NCBI GenBank assembly: GCA_902567135.1 | Contig: CACFLO010000001.1 | Coordinates: 49,748-113,747 of the forward strand | Direction of reading: 5' to 3' | DNA: 64,000 nt | From: an uncultured Alphaproteobacteria bacterium | Lineage (GTDB): Bacteria > Pseudomonadota > Alphaproteobacteria > HIMB59 > GCA-002718135 | Shown: positions 53,509 through 62,796 of the stretch, one piece after another | How positions within the stretch are numbered: the first letter of the stretch is position 1 | Layout of the letters: each line of letters starts with the position of its first letter | Program-made: the position numbers and the translations under genes | Notes under the pieces: generated by a model | Databases searched by the model: none | What the model saw: the letters and a program-made list of their open reading frames with translations, nothing else | What the model was told of the DNA's origin: nothing

Positions 53509-55284
53509 TTATTGAACGACAGTATCCTGACTATTAATGCCCGCTACTTCAACTGGTGCTTTCATTGCATCTCTCCTAAATGGCTCACCAAGTTCTTGAT
53601 TTAGAATGACTTCGATAAAAGTTGTAATACCATTCATTTGATCAACACATGATGCTTTAAGAGCTTCTGTTAACTCTGATTGAGTTGTAACTTTAACACC
53701 TTTAAAGCCGCATGCTTCTGCAATTTTTGCATAACTTAATTTTGGATCAAGTTCTGTTCCAATAAAGTTGTTATCGTACCAAAGGGTGGTATTTCTTTTC
53801 TCTGCTCCCCATTGATAATTTCGAAATATAACCATTGTAATATTTGGCCACTCTTCTCGACTACATGAAGTCATCTCACTCATACTAATTCCAAAAGCAC
53901 CATCGCCAGAAAAACCTACAACTGGTGTATTAGGACAACCAATTTTTGCACCTAAAACAGATGGAAAACCATAACCGCATGGTCCAAATAAACCTGGAGC
54001 TAAGTATTTTCTTCCTTTTTCAAAAGTAGGATAAGCATTACCAATTGCACAGTTATTACCAATATCACTTGAAATTATAGCATCATCGGGTAAGCCTGCT
54101 TGAATAGCTCTCCAAGCCATACGTGGTGACATTCTATCAGGATCTCTCTCCCTTGAATCTTTATTCCATGTTGTGCCTTCATCATCTTCTTCATGATCTA
54201 AACTTGTTAGTGTTTGAAGCCATGCTGATTTAGTCTGATGTATTAATGCTTTTCTATCTTCTCTTCCACTATCTCCTGCAGTTGAAGATAATTGACTTAG
54301 AATTTGTTGAGCAACAAGCTTAGCATCACCACAAATTCCTACTGATATTTTTTTTGCTAAACCAATTCTATCAGAGTTAAAATCAACTTGAATTATTTTT
54401 GCCTCTTTTGGCCAGTAATCAATTCCATAACCAGGTAGTGTTGAAAAAGGATTTAATCTTGTTCCAAGTGCTAGTACTACATCGGCCTTGGAAATAATTT
54501 CCATTGCTGCTTTAGATCCGTTGTATCCAAGTGGGCCAATCGCAAGTGGATGTTTTCCTGGAAAACTATCGTTGTGTTGATATCCACAAGCTACAGGAGC
54601 ATCTAATTTTTCAGCAATTTTTTTACAATCTCCAATAGCATCAGCAAGAACTACACCTGCTCCAGATAATATTACTGGAAATTTTGCATTTGATAAAAGT
54701 TTTGCAGCCTCAGTAATTGCTGCAGCTCCTCCAGATGGTCTTTCAAATTCAATAATAGAGGGTAATTCAATATCAACAACCTGGGTCCAGAAATCTCGTG
54801 GAACATTTATTTGCGCTGGGGCTGATCCTCTTTTAGCTTTTAATATTACTCTATTTAACACTTCTGCCATTCTAGACGCATCACGAACTTCTTCTTGATA
54901 ACACACCATATCTTTAAATAAATTCATTTGCTCTACTTCTTGAAAACCACCTTGACCCATTGTTTTATTTGCTGCTTGAGGAGTAACTAAAAGCATCGGT
55001 GTGTGATTCCAATAAGCTGTTTTTATTGGTGTTACTAATCCAGTTATACCTGGTCCATTTTGTGCAATACACATAGCAATTTTACCAGTTGATCTTGTAT
55101 AGCCATCTGCGATTAAACCACCATTTGACTCATGTGCTACATCCCAAAAAGTAATACCAGCTTTTGGAAAAAGATCTGAAATTGGCATAAAAGCTGATCC
55201 TATTATTCCAAAAGAATGTTGTATTCCATGCATTTGTAAAACTTTTACAAAAGCTTCCTCAGTAGTCATTTTAGCCATCTTCAC
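53509..55284 (-). CDS. xsc: Sulfoacetaldehyde acetyltransferase (TPP enzyme)
   Basis: 591 aa. N-terminus TTEEAFVKVLQMHGIQHSFGIIGSAFMPISDLFPKAGITFWD..AQNGPGITG..AYWNHTPMLLVTPQA and TPP motif GDGAFGISMSEM, as I remember them for Xsc. Context includes pta and the aminotransferase. Confidence 0.8.
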   Translation of the reverse strand: MKMAKMTTEEAFVKVLQMHGIQHSFGIIGSAFMPISDLFPKAGITFWDVAHESNGGLIADGYTRSTGKIAMCIAQNGPGITGLVTPIKTAYWNHTPMLLVTPQAANKTMGQGGFQEVEQMNLFKDMVCYQEEVRDASRMAEVLNRVILKAKRGSAPAQINVPRDFWTQVVDIELPSIIEFERPSGGAAAITEAAKLLSNAKFPVILSGAGVVLADAIGDCKKIAEKLDAPVACGYQHNDSFPGKHPLAIGPLGYNGSKAAMEIISKADVVLALGTRLNPFSTLPGYGIDYWPKEAKIIQVDFNSDRIGLAKKISVGICGDAKLVAQQILSQLSSTAGDSGREDRKALIHQTKSAWLQTLTSLDHEEDDEGTTWNKDSRERDPDRMSPRMAWRAIQAGLPDDAIISSDIGNNCAIGNAYPTFEKGRKYLAPGLFGPCGYGFPSVLGAKIGCPNTPVVGFSGDGAFGISMSEMTSCSREEWPNITMVIFRNYQWGAEKRNTTLWYDNNFIGTELDPKLSYAKIAEACGFKGVKVTTQSELTEALKASCVDQMNGITTFIEVILNQELGEPFRRDAMKAPVEVAGINSQDTVVQ

Positions 55285-55387
55285 ATCTCCAATTAGTGTA
55301 TTATCTTTTTTATTTAGACTTATTTACTAATATTCTATTTTTTGAGTATAATAATTTAAGTTCATAATCTAGAAAATTAATAACATA

Positions 55388-57277
55388 ATGAAAAAAAAAG
55401 AGCAAAAAACTAATTATAAACTTGAAAATATTCAGCCAAATCTGAAAGGACAAGAGATAATAAAGTTTATAGCTAAAACTCTTCCTAATCAACCAGGGGT
55501 TTACCAAATGGAGGATGAAGATGGAAAAATATTATATATTGGAAAAGCAAAGAACCTTGCAAAAAGAGTTATAAATTACACAAGTCTAAATAACCTGACA
55601 CGTCGACTACAGAGAATGGTCAGTCTTACAAAACAAATAAATTTTGTTGTTACTAATACTGAGATTGAAGCATTACTCCTTGAGTGCAATTTAATCAAAA
55701 GACATAAACCACAGTTTAATATTATTTTAAGAGATGATAAGTCGTTCCCTTATATTCTTATAAATAAAGAACACCAATTCCCCAGACTACAAAAATACCG
55801 AGGTAGAAAAAATATAAAAGGAGATTACTATGGTCCTTTTGTTTCTCCCTCTGTCGCAGATTATACATTAATTGCTCTTCAAAAAGCATTTTTATTAAGA
55901 AGTTGCTCTGAGGGAACATTTAAAAACAGATCAAGACCTTGCTTATTATATGATATCAAGCGATGCAGTGGACCTTGTGTAAATTATATAAATGAAGCTA
56001 AATATAAGGAGAGTATCGATGATGCAAAAAAATTTTTAAAAGGTAATACAAAAACAATAGAAAAAAAACTTAATAAAAAAATGAAAATTGCAAGCAAAAA
56101 TCAAATGTTTGAAGAGGCGGCAAGATTAAGAGATAGAATTAAATCAGTAAGTCAGATTCAAAAGTATCAGTCTGTATATATTAAAGACATGCGCAACATT
56201 GATATTTTTGCAATTAAACTTATTAATAATAAAAGTTGTATACACGGAAAATTTTATAGAAACGGAAGTAATTATGGAAATAAATCATTTTTCCCTTCAC
56301 ATGAAGATACAAGCGAGGATAGTGAAATACTTGAGTCTTTTTTATATCAATTTTATGCTGATAAAGATATTCCACCAAAAATATTGGTAAATATTAATGA
56401 AGATTTTTTTAGAGATGTTGAGAGAACACTAAATAAAAAAAATAAATTAAAAACTAAAATACTCAAACCTAAGTCTGGAGAAAAACTTCAACATATTTTG
56501 CTTGCTGAAAAAAATGCTCTTGAGAGTATTAAGCTTAAAAAAACAAGTTTAGAAAATCATCATTTAGCTCTCCACTCATTAGCTCGTCTATTAAAAAGAA
56601 AAAATGAAATAACTAGAGTAGAATCATATGATAACAGTCATACTTTTGGCAAAAATTCTGTTGGTGTAATGGTTGTTGCTGACAAAGAAGGGTTAAGCCC
56701 AAAACATTATAGAAAATTTAATATTCGATATGATTTGAAAGACAACAATATATCCAAAATTGATGATTATTATATGATGGAAGAAGTACTAACTAGAAGA
56801 TTAAGTAAAATTAATCCAAATGATAAATTTCAAGTACCTGATGTAATAATTATTGATGGAGGAAGAGGTCAATTCAACAGTGTATCAAAAATTTTAAAAA
56901 AATTTAAATTAGAAAAAATAGATTTATTAAGTATTTCTAAGGGGCCTGAGAGAAATGTAGGAAGAGAAATTATCCATCTTGAAAAGAAAAATTTAAATTT
57001 AAAACCTAATGATAATCTGTTCAGTTTCATTCAAAGATTAAGAGATGAGGCTCATAGATTTGCAATTACAGCTCATAGATCTAGAAGGACAAAGGCTTCA
57101 ATAAAATCAGTATTTGATGAAATTAAAGGAATTGGCCCAAAAAGAAAGAAAGATTTAATGATCCATTTTGGTACAGTGCAAAAGATCAAATCAGCTTCTA
57201 TGGATGAACTAAAAAAAATTAAAACAATTCCTTTGAAAAAACTGGAGGAAATATATAAATTTTTTAATGGCTTATAG
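55388..57277 (+). CDS. uvrC: Excinuclease ABC subunit C
   Basis: 629 aa. GIY-YIG motif GVYQMEDEDGKILYIGKAKNL, UVR domain (FEEAARLRDRI), and C-terminal HhH IKGIGPKRKKDL. Confidence 0.9.
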   Translation: MKKKEQKTNYKLENIQPNLKGQEIIKFIAKTLPNQPGVYQMEDEDGKILYIGKAKNLAKRVINYTSLNNLTRRLQRMVSLTKQINFVVTNTEIEALLLECNLIKRHKPQFNIILRDDKSFPYILINKEHQFPRLQKYRGRKNIKGDYYGPFVSPSVADYTLIALQKAFLLRSCSEGTFKNRSRPCLLYDIKRCSGPCVNYINEAKYKESIDDAKKFLKGNTKTIEKKLNKKMKIASKNQMFEEAARLRDRIKSVSQIQKYQSVYIKDMRNIDIFAIKLINNKSCIHGKFYRNGSNYGNKSFFPSHEDTSEDSEILESFLYQFYADKDIPPKILVNINEDFFRDVERTLNKKNKLKTKILKPKSGEKLQHILLAEKNALESIKLKKTSLENHHLALHSLARLLKRKNEITRVESYDNSHTFGKNSVGVMVVADKEGLSPKHYRKFNIRYDLKDNNISKIDDYYMMEEVLTRRLSKINPNDKFQVPDVIIIDGGRGQFNSVSKILKKFKLEKIDLLSISKGPERNVGREIIHLEKKNLNLKPNDNLFSFIQRLRDEAHRFAITAHRSRRTKASIKSVFDEIKGIGPKRKKDLMIHFGTVQKIKSASMDELKKIKTIPLKKLEEIYKFFNGL

Positions 57278-57303
57278 GTTAAACTTAATCTAAAAAAATA
57301 TTT

Positions 57304-57852
57304 ATGAAATTAAATATTTCAAATATACTGACATTAGCTAGGATAATAGTAATACCTATAATAGTTATATGTATATATCTTAAAGGTCCTTTTTATGGAT
57401 GGGTAGCTTTTATACTTTTCTGTTTAGCAAGTATCACAGATTATTTTGATGGATATATTGCACGTATAAGGAATGAAATAACAAACTTTGGAACTTTTCT
57501 TGATCCAATCGCAGACAAGTTGTTGGTAGCGGCAGTAATATTAATTTTAACATCAAAAGAAATTATTGCTGATTGGGAGACTATACCAGCTTTAATAATA
57601 TTACTAAGAGAAATAGCTGTATCTGGCTTGAGAGAATATCTTGCAAAAATAAAAGTTAGTGTGCCAGTTTCAAGAATAGCAAAAGTCAAAACATCTATTC
57701 AGTTAATTGCTTTGGCTTTTCTAATATTAAGTGAGAGCGGAATTACAATAGTTCCAATAATTTATATTGGTAAAATAGCACTATGGACTGCGGGTTTATT
57801 AACTTTATATACTGGTTATGATTATCTTAAATCTGGACTTAGGCATTTCTGA
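57304..57852 (+). CDS. pgsA: CDP-diacylglycerol--glycerol-3-phosphate 3-phosphatidyltransferase
   Basis: 182 aa. CDP-alcohol phosphatidyltransferase motif DYFDGYIAR..G.FLDPIADKL. Confidence 0.85.
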   Translation: MKLNISNILTLARIIVIPIIVICIYLKGPFYGWVAFILFCLASITDYFDGYIARIRNEITNFGTFLDPIADKLLVAAVILILTSKEIIADWETIPALIILLREIAVSGLREYLAKIKVSVPVSRIAKVKTSIQLIALAFLILSESGITIVPIIYIGKIALWTAGLLTLYTGYDYLKSGLRHF

Positions 57853-58098
57853 ATGAACATAAAATATTTTGCATGGATTAAAGATATAACTGAACATGAA
57901 AATGAAGAGATAAATTCAGAAAAAATAAAAAATTTAGATGACTTAAAAACGTTTATAATAAAGAAATATCCTGACTTAAAAAAACATTTAGATAAAGAAA
58001 TATTGAGATTTGCAGTCAATCAAGAGTATATTGTTAAAAACATAGACTTAAATGTTAATGATGAGATTGCTATTTTTCCACCTGTAAGTGGTGGTTAA
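57853..58098 (+). CDS. moaD: Molybdopterin synthase sulfur-carrier subunit
   Basis: 81 aa, ubiquitin-like, ending DEIAIFPPVSGG (C-terminal Gly-Gly). Confidence 0.8.
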   Translation: MNIKYFAWIKDITEHENEEINSEKIKNLDDLKTFIIKKYPDLKKHLDKEILRFAVNQEYIVKNIDLNVNDEIAIFPPVSGG

Positions 58099-58514
58099 TG
58101 ATTAAAATTCAAAAAGAAGATTTCAATTCTGAAGAAGAAATAAATAAAATTAAAGATTTACATGAAAATGTAGGAGCCGTATCTTCATTTACAGGATATG
58201 TGAGAAATAATAATAATAATAAAAAAGTTAAATCAATAAATTTAGAAGTATATGAAGAAATGGCATATAACCAATTTAAAAAAATTATTAGTGAAGCTAA
58301 GTTAAAGTGGCAGTTAACTGATTGTTTGATTATTCATCGATATGGTGAGTTATATGTTAATAGTAAGATTGTTCTTGTTAGTTCCTTTTCTGAGCATAGA
58401 AAAGATAGTTTTGAATCATGCAACTTTATAATGGATTATCTTAAAAGAGATGCGCCTTTTTGGAAGAACGAATTTTATGATAAAAAAAATGAATGGTTGG
58501 TTAATTATAGCTAG
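58098..58514 (+). CDS. moaE: Molybdopterin synthase catalytic subunit
   Basis: 138 aa with FTGYVRN, IIHRYGEL, FSEHRKDSFE and APFWKNE. Start overlaps the moaD stop. Confidence 0.8.
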   Translation: MIKIQKEDFNSEEEINKIKDLHENVGAVSSFTGYVRNNNNNKKVKSINLEVYEEMAYNQFKKIISEAKLKWQLTDCLIIHRYGELYVNSKIVLVSSFSEHRKDSFESCNFIMDYLKRDAPFWKNEFYDKKNEWLVNYS

Positions 58515-59391
58515 AATTTTTAACCATTTCACTAAAATCACCCATAAATTTAAAAGTAGTTGAATTATCACCTGTAGTAAAATTAACTTCATCTATTGAT
58601 CTAATTGGTGTAATTTCTGCGGCTGTTCCAGTTAAAAAAGCTTCATCATAATTACTAATCTCTTCTGGGAGTATGTGTTTTTCAGTTATTTTGAAACCCT
58701 GTTCAGTAGTCATCTTTATAACTGCTTGACGTGTAATACCATTTAAAAAACAATCTGGTATTGGTGTATGAATATCTTTATTTTTAATGAAGAAAATATT
58801 AGCACCAGTTCCTTCGGCTACATAACCCCTATAATCTAACATCAAAGCATCATGATAACCATTCTTTTCTGCAAATTCTTTGGACATTGTGCATATTATA
58901 TACGGGCCCGAAGCTTTGGCTTCATAAGGAGCAGTATCTGGCGCTGGTCTTTTCCATGGTGAAGTTATTAATCTTAATCCAGCTTTTCTATCTTCAATTT
59001 TAAAATATGAAGCCCAGTCATCCCAAACTGCAATTGCTACATTTATATTTGATTGTGTTGTTGATATGCCCATTTGATCTCCTCCTCTCCAAGCTAATGG
59101 TCTTACATAACAATCTTTGTAGTGCATTTTATCAATTAGTTGTTTTTTTGCCTCATTAATTTCATCTTTAGTAAATGGAATATTAATCCCAATTATTTTT
59201 GCTGAGTTAAAAAATCTGTTTGTGTGTTCTTCTGATTTAAAAATTTTTCCGTTATATGCTCTTTCTCCTTCAAAAACCGCACTAGCATAATGTAATCCTT
59301 GAGAAATTATATGAGATGTAGCATTAGCCCATGGAATGAATTGACCATTCATCCAAATCCAACCCTCTCTTTTTTCAAAAGATTTACTCAT
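58501..59391 (-). CDS. ilvE: Branched-chain amino acid aminotransferase (class IV)
   Basis: 296 aa with GLHYASAVFEGERAY, the PLP-Lys region YEAKASGPY, EGTGANIFF and LNGITRQ. Confidence 0.85.
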   Translation of the reverse strand: MSKSFEKREGWIWMNGQFIPWANATSHIISQGLHYASAVFEGERAYNGKIFKSEEHTNRFFNSAKIIGINIPFTKDEINEAKKQLIDKMHYKDCYVRPLAWRGGDQMGISTTQSNINVAIAVWDDWASYFKIEDRKAGLRLITSPWKRPAPDTAPYEAKASGPYIICTMSKEFAEKNGYHDALMLDYRGYVAEGTGANIFFIKNKDIHTPIPDCFLNGITRQAVIKMTTEQGFKITEKHILPEEISNYDEAFLTGTAAEITPIRSIDEVNFTTGDNSTTFKFMGDFSEMVKNSSYN

Positions 59392-59452
59392 AAATTTCTT
59401 CTATAATTTTTTTAATGACAATTGACTATCAGTGATGCATAATTAAGTCAAT

Positions 59453-59938
59453 ATGACTGACCTAAATAGTTTGCTATCGCCATTTTTTTTGAATGATAAA
59501 GAGATTCGAAAAGTTATCGAACTTCTTTTTTTTTCATATAGAGATTTTACATCTGGTCCTGATAAAATTTTAGAAAAATTAAACTTTGGGAGAGCTCATC
59601 ATAGAATAATATACTTCGTTGGGAAAAAAAATAATATAACAATTAAAGAGTTATTATTGGTATTACAAATAACTAAACAGAGTCTTTCAAGGGTTCTTAA
59701 TCAATTGGTAAATGAAAAATTTATTATAGTTTCAACTGGCATAGACAAAAGAACAAAAAAATTATCTCTTACTGAAAAGGGAGAAAAGCTTGAAAATCAA
59801 TTATCAACAATTCAAATAAATAAAATTAAAAGAGTTATAAATAAATATAGTGAAGAAAATATAAATGGATTTAAAGAAATATTATATGACATGATAGAAA
59901 CAGACAATAAAAAAACATTTCAACAAATAAATGATTAG
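59453..59938 (+). CDS. MarR-family winged-helix regulator
   Basis: 161 aa. wHTH region TIKELLLVLQITKQSLSRVLNQLVNEKFIIVSTGIDKRTKKLSLTEKG. Confidence 0.65.
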   Translation: MTDLNSLLSPFFLNDKEIRKVIELLFFSYRDFTSGPDKILEKLNFGRAHHRIIYFVGKKNNITIKELLLVLQITKQSLSRVLNQLVNEKFIIVSTGIDKRTKKLSLTEKGEKLENQLSTIQINKIKRVINKYSEENINGFKEILYDMIETDNKKTFQQIND

Positions 59939-59940
59939 AG

Positions 59941-60621
59941 ATGAGCAGAACTATTCTTTTAGTTGATGATGATCTTAGATTAAGAGATTTATTAAAAGAT
60001 TATTTAAATGAAAAAAACCTACAAGTATTTACTTGTGAGGATTTCATAGAAGCTAAAGAGGTATTAAAATTTTTTATTTTTGATCTGGTAATTTTAGATA
60101 GAATGATGCCAAGTGGTGATGGAGTGGATTTGATTTCATTGATAAAAAATAAATCAAATATACCTGTTATAATTTTAACAGCTATGGGAGAAGATGTTAA
60201 TAAAATTCATGGATTAAAAACAGGATCTGATGATTATGTTACAAAACCTTTTGAACCTGAAGAGCTATATCTTCGTATTAAAAAGTTATTAAAATTGTAT
60301 GAAAATATTAATCAATCTGAATTGCGCATTGAATTTGGAGATTATATTTTTAATACGAAGACTCAAGATCTTAAAATAAATAATAATGAAATTTATTTAA
60401 CTGAAGGAGAGCATAACCTTCTTCTAAAATTGATAAATAAAAGAAATAATCTTGTTTCAAGAGAGGAATTAGCTGATGAAGAATTTGATGAAAGTGAACT
60501 CAGAAAAGTTGATGTTGGAATAACTAGATTGCGTCAAAAAATAGAGAAAATTGCAAAAAAACCTCAATTTATTAAAACTATAAGAGGTAAAGGCTATATG
60601 TTAGTTTGCAGAGAAATATGA
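59941..60621 (+). CDS. OmpR-family response regulator
   Basis: Receiver domain (LLVDDD, phospho-acceptor DLVILDRMMP, TKPF) plus a winged-helix output (IKTIRGKGYML). Confidence 0.85.
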   Translation: MSRTILLVDDDLRLRDLLKDYLNEKNLQVFTCEDFIEAKEVLKFFIFDLVILDRMMPSGDGVDLISLIKNKSNIPVIILTAMGEDVNKIHGLKTGSDDYVTKPFEPEELYLRIKKLLKLYENINQSELRIEFGDYIFNTKTQDLKINNNEIYLTEGEHNLLLKLINKRNNLVSREELADEEFDESELRKVDVGITRLRQKIEKIAKKPQFIKTIRGKGYMLVCREI

Positions 60622-61916
60622 TTTTTAAAAAAATTATTCCACTATCCCTATTAGGAAGATCAATAATAATTATATTTGTTCCTATAATAGTATTAGTAAT
60701 AATTACTTCTATAATTTTTTACCAAACTTCTTGGAATATTATTTCAAAAAGACTAACGCAATCAGTTGTTGCAGACATAAATGTACTTGTAAAACTAATT
60801 GATAAAAATCTAGAGTTTGAAACAAAACAAATTGCTAAAGAGGATTTTAAAATGACAATTAAAATAGTAGAAAGTGCAAATATAAATAAATCTTCTTATA
60901 AAAAGCAACGGGGTATTTTGTCAAATAGATTAAAACAATCACTTGTAAATTTAGATATTCCTTTTGCATATGATTTAAGTAATATTGATGATGGTGTAAA
61001 AATAATTTTGCAATTAAAAAAAAATAAATATTTATTAATTAATGTAGATAAAGATAGACTTTATAGTGAAACTGCTTTCGTTTTTTTATTATGGATGATA
61101 TTTGCCTCAGTCCTTCTTTTGTTTTTTTCTTACTTTTTTATGAATAAACAAATAAGACCTTTAAAAAGATTGGCAATAATTGCAGAAACATTTGGTAGAG
61201 GATTAGATGCGCCTGAGCTAAAATCTTCAGGAGCGTTAGAGATTAAACAAACAACTAATGCATTTAATCAAATGAGAACTAGAATTAAAAGATTCTTAAA
61301 ACAACGAACAGAAATGCTTGCTGGTGTTAGTCATGATCTTCGAACACCTCTAACAAGAATGAAGCTGCAATTATCACTTTTAAAAGATCAAAAAGCTAAA
61401 AAAGAATTGGAGTTAGACATAAATGAAATGACTGCCATGCTTGATAGTTATGTAAGTTTTGTTAGATCAGAAACCCCTGAACCGATTGAGAATATTAATT
61501 TAAATAAATTACTTAAAGATATAATAAAAAATATAGATTTTGAGAAACATAACATTAGTTTCATAGAAAAAAATATAATCAAAACTTCTGGCAGACCTTT
61601 ACAATTAAAGCGCGCTATACAAAATATAATTGATAATTCTATAAGATATTCAAATAAATTAAATATTGAAATATTTTTAAATGATAATGGTTGTGTAATT
61701 GTAATAGAGGATAATGGTCCAGGAATACCTATTAAGAATTATGAAGATGTATTTAAGCCTTTTTTTTCATTAGATCCATCTCGGAATAAACTAAAGGGAG
61801 AAAGTGGATTAGGCTTATCTATTACAAGAGATATTATAAGGGCGCATGGAGGTGAAATAAAATTATCAAAATCTAGTTATGGTGGTTTAAAATCTCTTAT
61901 TCAACTTCCAATTTAA
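60606..61916 (+). CDS. EnvZ-like sensor histidine kinase
   Basis: Two TMs, HAMP, H-box VSHDLRTPLT, N-box NIIDNSIRYS, G1 DNGPGI, G2 GESGLGLSI. The ATG at 60618 (ATGA overlap with the regulator stop) is the likelier start. Confidence 0.85.
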   Translation: MQRNMIFKKIIPLSLLGRSIIIIFVPIIVLVIITSIIFYQTSWNIISKRLTQSVVADINVLVKLIDKNLEFETKQIAKEDFKMTIKIVESANINKSSYKKQRGILSNRLKQSLVNLDIPFAYDLSNIDDGVKIILQLKKNKYLLINVDKDRLYSETAFVFLLWMIFASVLLLFFSYFFMNKQIRPLKRLAIIAETFGRGLDAPELKSSGALEIKQTTNAFNQMRTRIKRFLKQRTEMLAGVSHDLRTPLTRMKLQLSLLKDQKAKKELELDINEMTAMLDSYVSFVRSETPEPIENINLNKLLKDIIKNIDFEKHNISFIEKNIIKTSGRPLQLKRAIQNIIDNSIRYSNKLNIEIFLNDNGCVIVIEDNGPGIPIKNYEDVFKPFFSLDPSRNKLKGESGLGLSITRDIIRAHGGEIKLSKSSYGGLKSLIQLPI

Positions 61917-62254
61917 AAGAGTTTACCTCCGTTAGGTATAATTTTATTTGGCTCAATAAGTATAGGTTCATTAGATTGATCGGGAAATCCAAGAACCAAG
62001 ACTTCAGAAGTTAAATTTCCAATTTGTTTTGATTCAAAATTAACAACAGCTGCGATTTGCTTATTTATTAAATCTTCTGGTTTATAATTTTTGATTAGCT
62101 GAGCAGAGCTTTTTTTAATTCCAATTTCTTCGCCAAAATCAATCTTTAATATAATTGAAGGATTATTAAGTTTTAAATTTTCTTCAGCTGAAATAATAGT
62201 TCCAACCCTAATATCTACTACTTCAAATGCTTTATATGAAATAATATTAGTCAA
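61913..62254 (-). CDS. tRNA-binding (CsaA/Trbp111-type OB-fold) domain protein
   Basis: 113 aa with VDIRVGTIISAEE..KL.IDFGEE.G.K.SSAQL...Y.PEDL...QI.AVVNF..KQI......SEVLVLG. Confidence 0.7.
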   Translation of the reverse strand: MTNIISYKAFEVVDIRVGTIISAEENLKLNNPSIILKIDFGEEIGIKKSSAQLIKNYKPEDLINKQIAAVVNFESKQIGNLTSEVLVLGFPDQSNEPILIEPNKIIPNGGKLF

Positions 62255-62796
62255 TTTAAATACTTACCAAATTTCTCAGCTTGATCTAAATTTTTATCAA
62301 GAGCATTCATTGTTTTTTCTAAAGATAAAGTATTATCTCCAACCCATACATAAAATGTCAACAAATATATTATAAATAGTCCCTTTAATCTTAACGATCC
62401 TTTTAAGCCATTAACATTGAAGTTTGCCAATTCTGCTGTAACTATCATACTTTCAAGAAAGGATGGGAATAGGCTTAAAAATTTATTAGGAGATTTTTTT
62501 AAGACTTCATAAATTTTTATAAAAGAAATTCTGTTTTGTTGAAGAATATCAAATCTCATCATTAAAACCTCAAATAACATATCTTTAGTAGTAGAGTTTT
62601 CTAAATTTTTTGTTTGTTCTACTAAAATACTGTCTACGTATCGATTTAAGTTTTTTAGTAAATCATTTTTTGTATTTATATATTTTTTTTTTTTAATATT
62701 TTTTACAAGCACATCATCTAAAGATAATTTACTCCAGGATTTATTAGTTAATTTTTTTAGAGTAATTTCAGCAATTTTTCTTTCTACATCTATCAT
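62251..62796 (-). CDS. Hypothetical helical protein (possibly COQ9/TetR-fold family)
   Basis: 181 aa. The N-terminus resembles a degenerate TetR/COQ9-like helix bundle (IAEITLKKLTNKSWSKLSLDDV). Assignment is weak. Confidence 0.3.
   Translation of the reverse strand: MIDVERKIAEITLKKLTNKSWSKLSLDDVLVKNIKKKKYINTKNDLLKNLNRYVDSILVEQTKNLENSTTKDMLFEVLMMRFDILQQNRISFIKIYEVLKKSPNKFLSLFPSFLESMIVTAELANFNVNGLKGSLRLKGLFIIYLLTFYVWVGDNTLSLEKTMNALDKNLDQAEKFGKYLN

Noticed and set aside
55285-55387. SOS (LexA) box or strong promoter upstream of uvrC
   Set aside because: A TATAAT hexamer (55347-55352) is present, but the -35 match is poor. GTTC-N7-GTTC is not found; only GTTC-N7-AGAA occurs.
50881-58019. ORFs 50881-51099, 51312-51533, 52668-52907, 55310-55507, 56199-56390, 57441-57689 and 57822-58019
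   Set aside because: They are shadow ORFs inside or across the M24, CaCA, uvrC, pgsA and moaD genes. 55310-55507 overlaps the uvrC start on the opposite strand and is F/L/I/K low-complexity.
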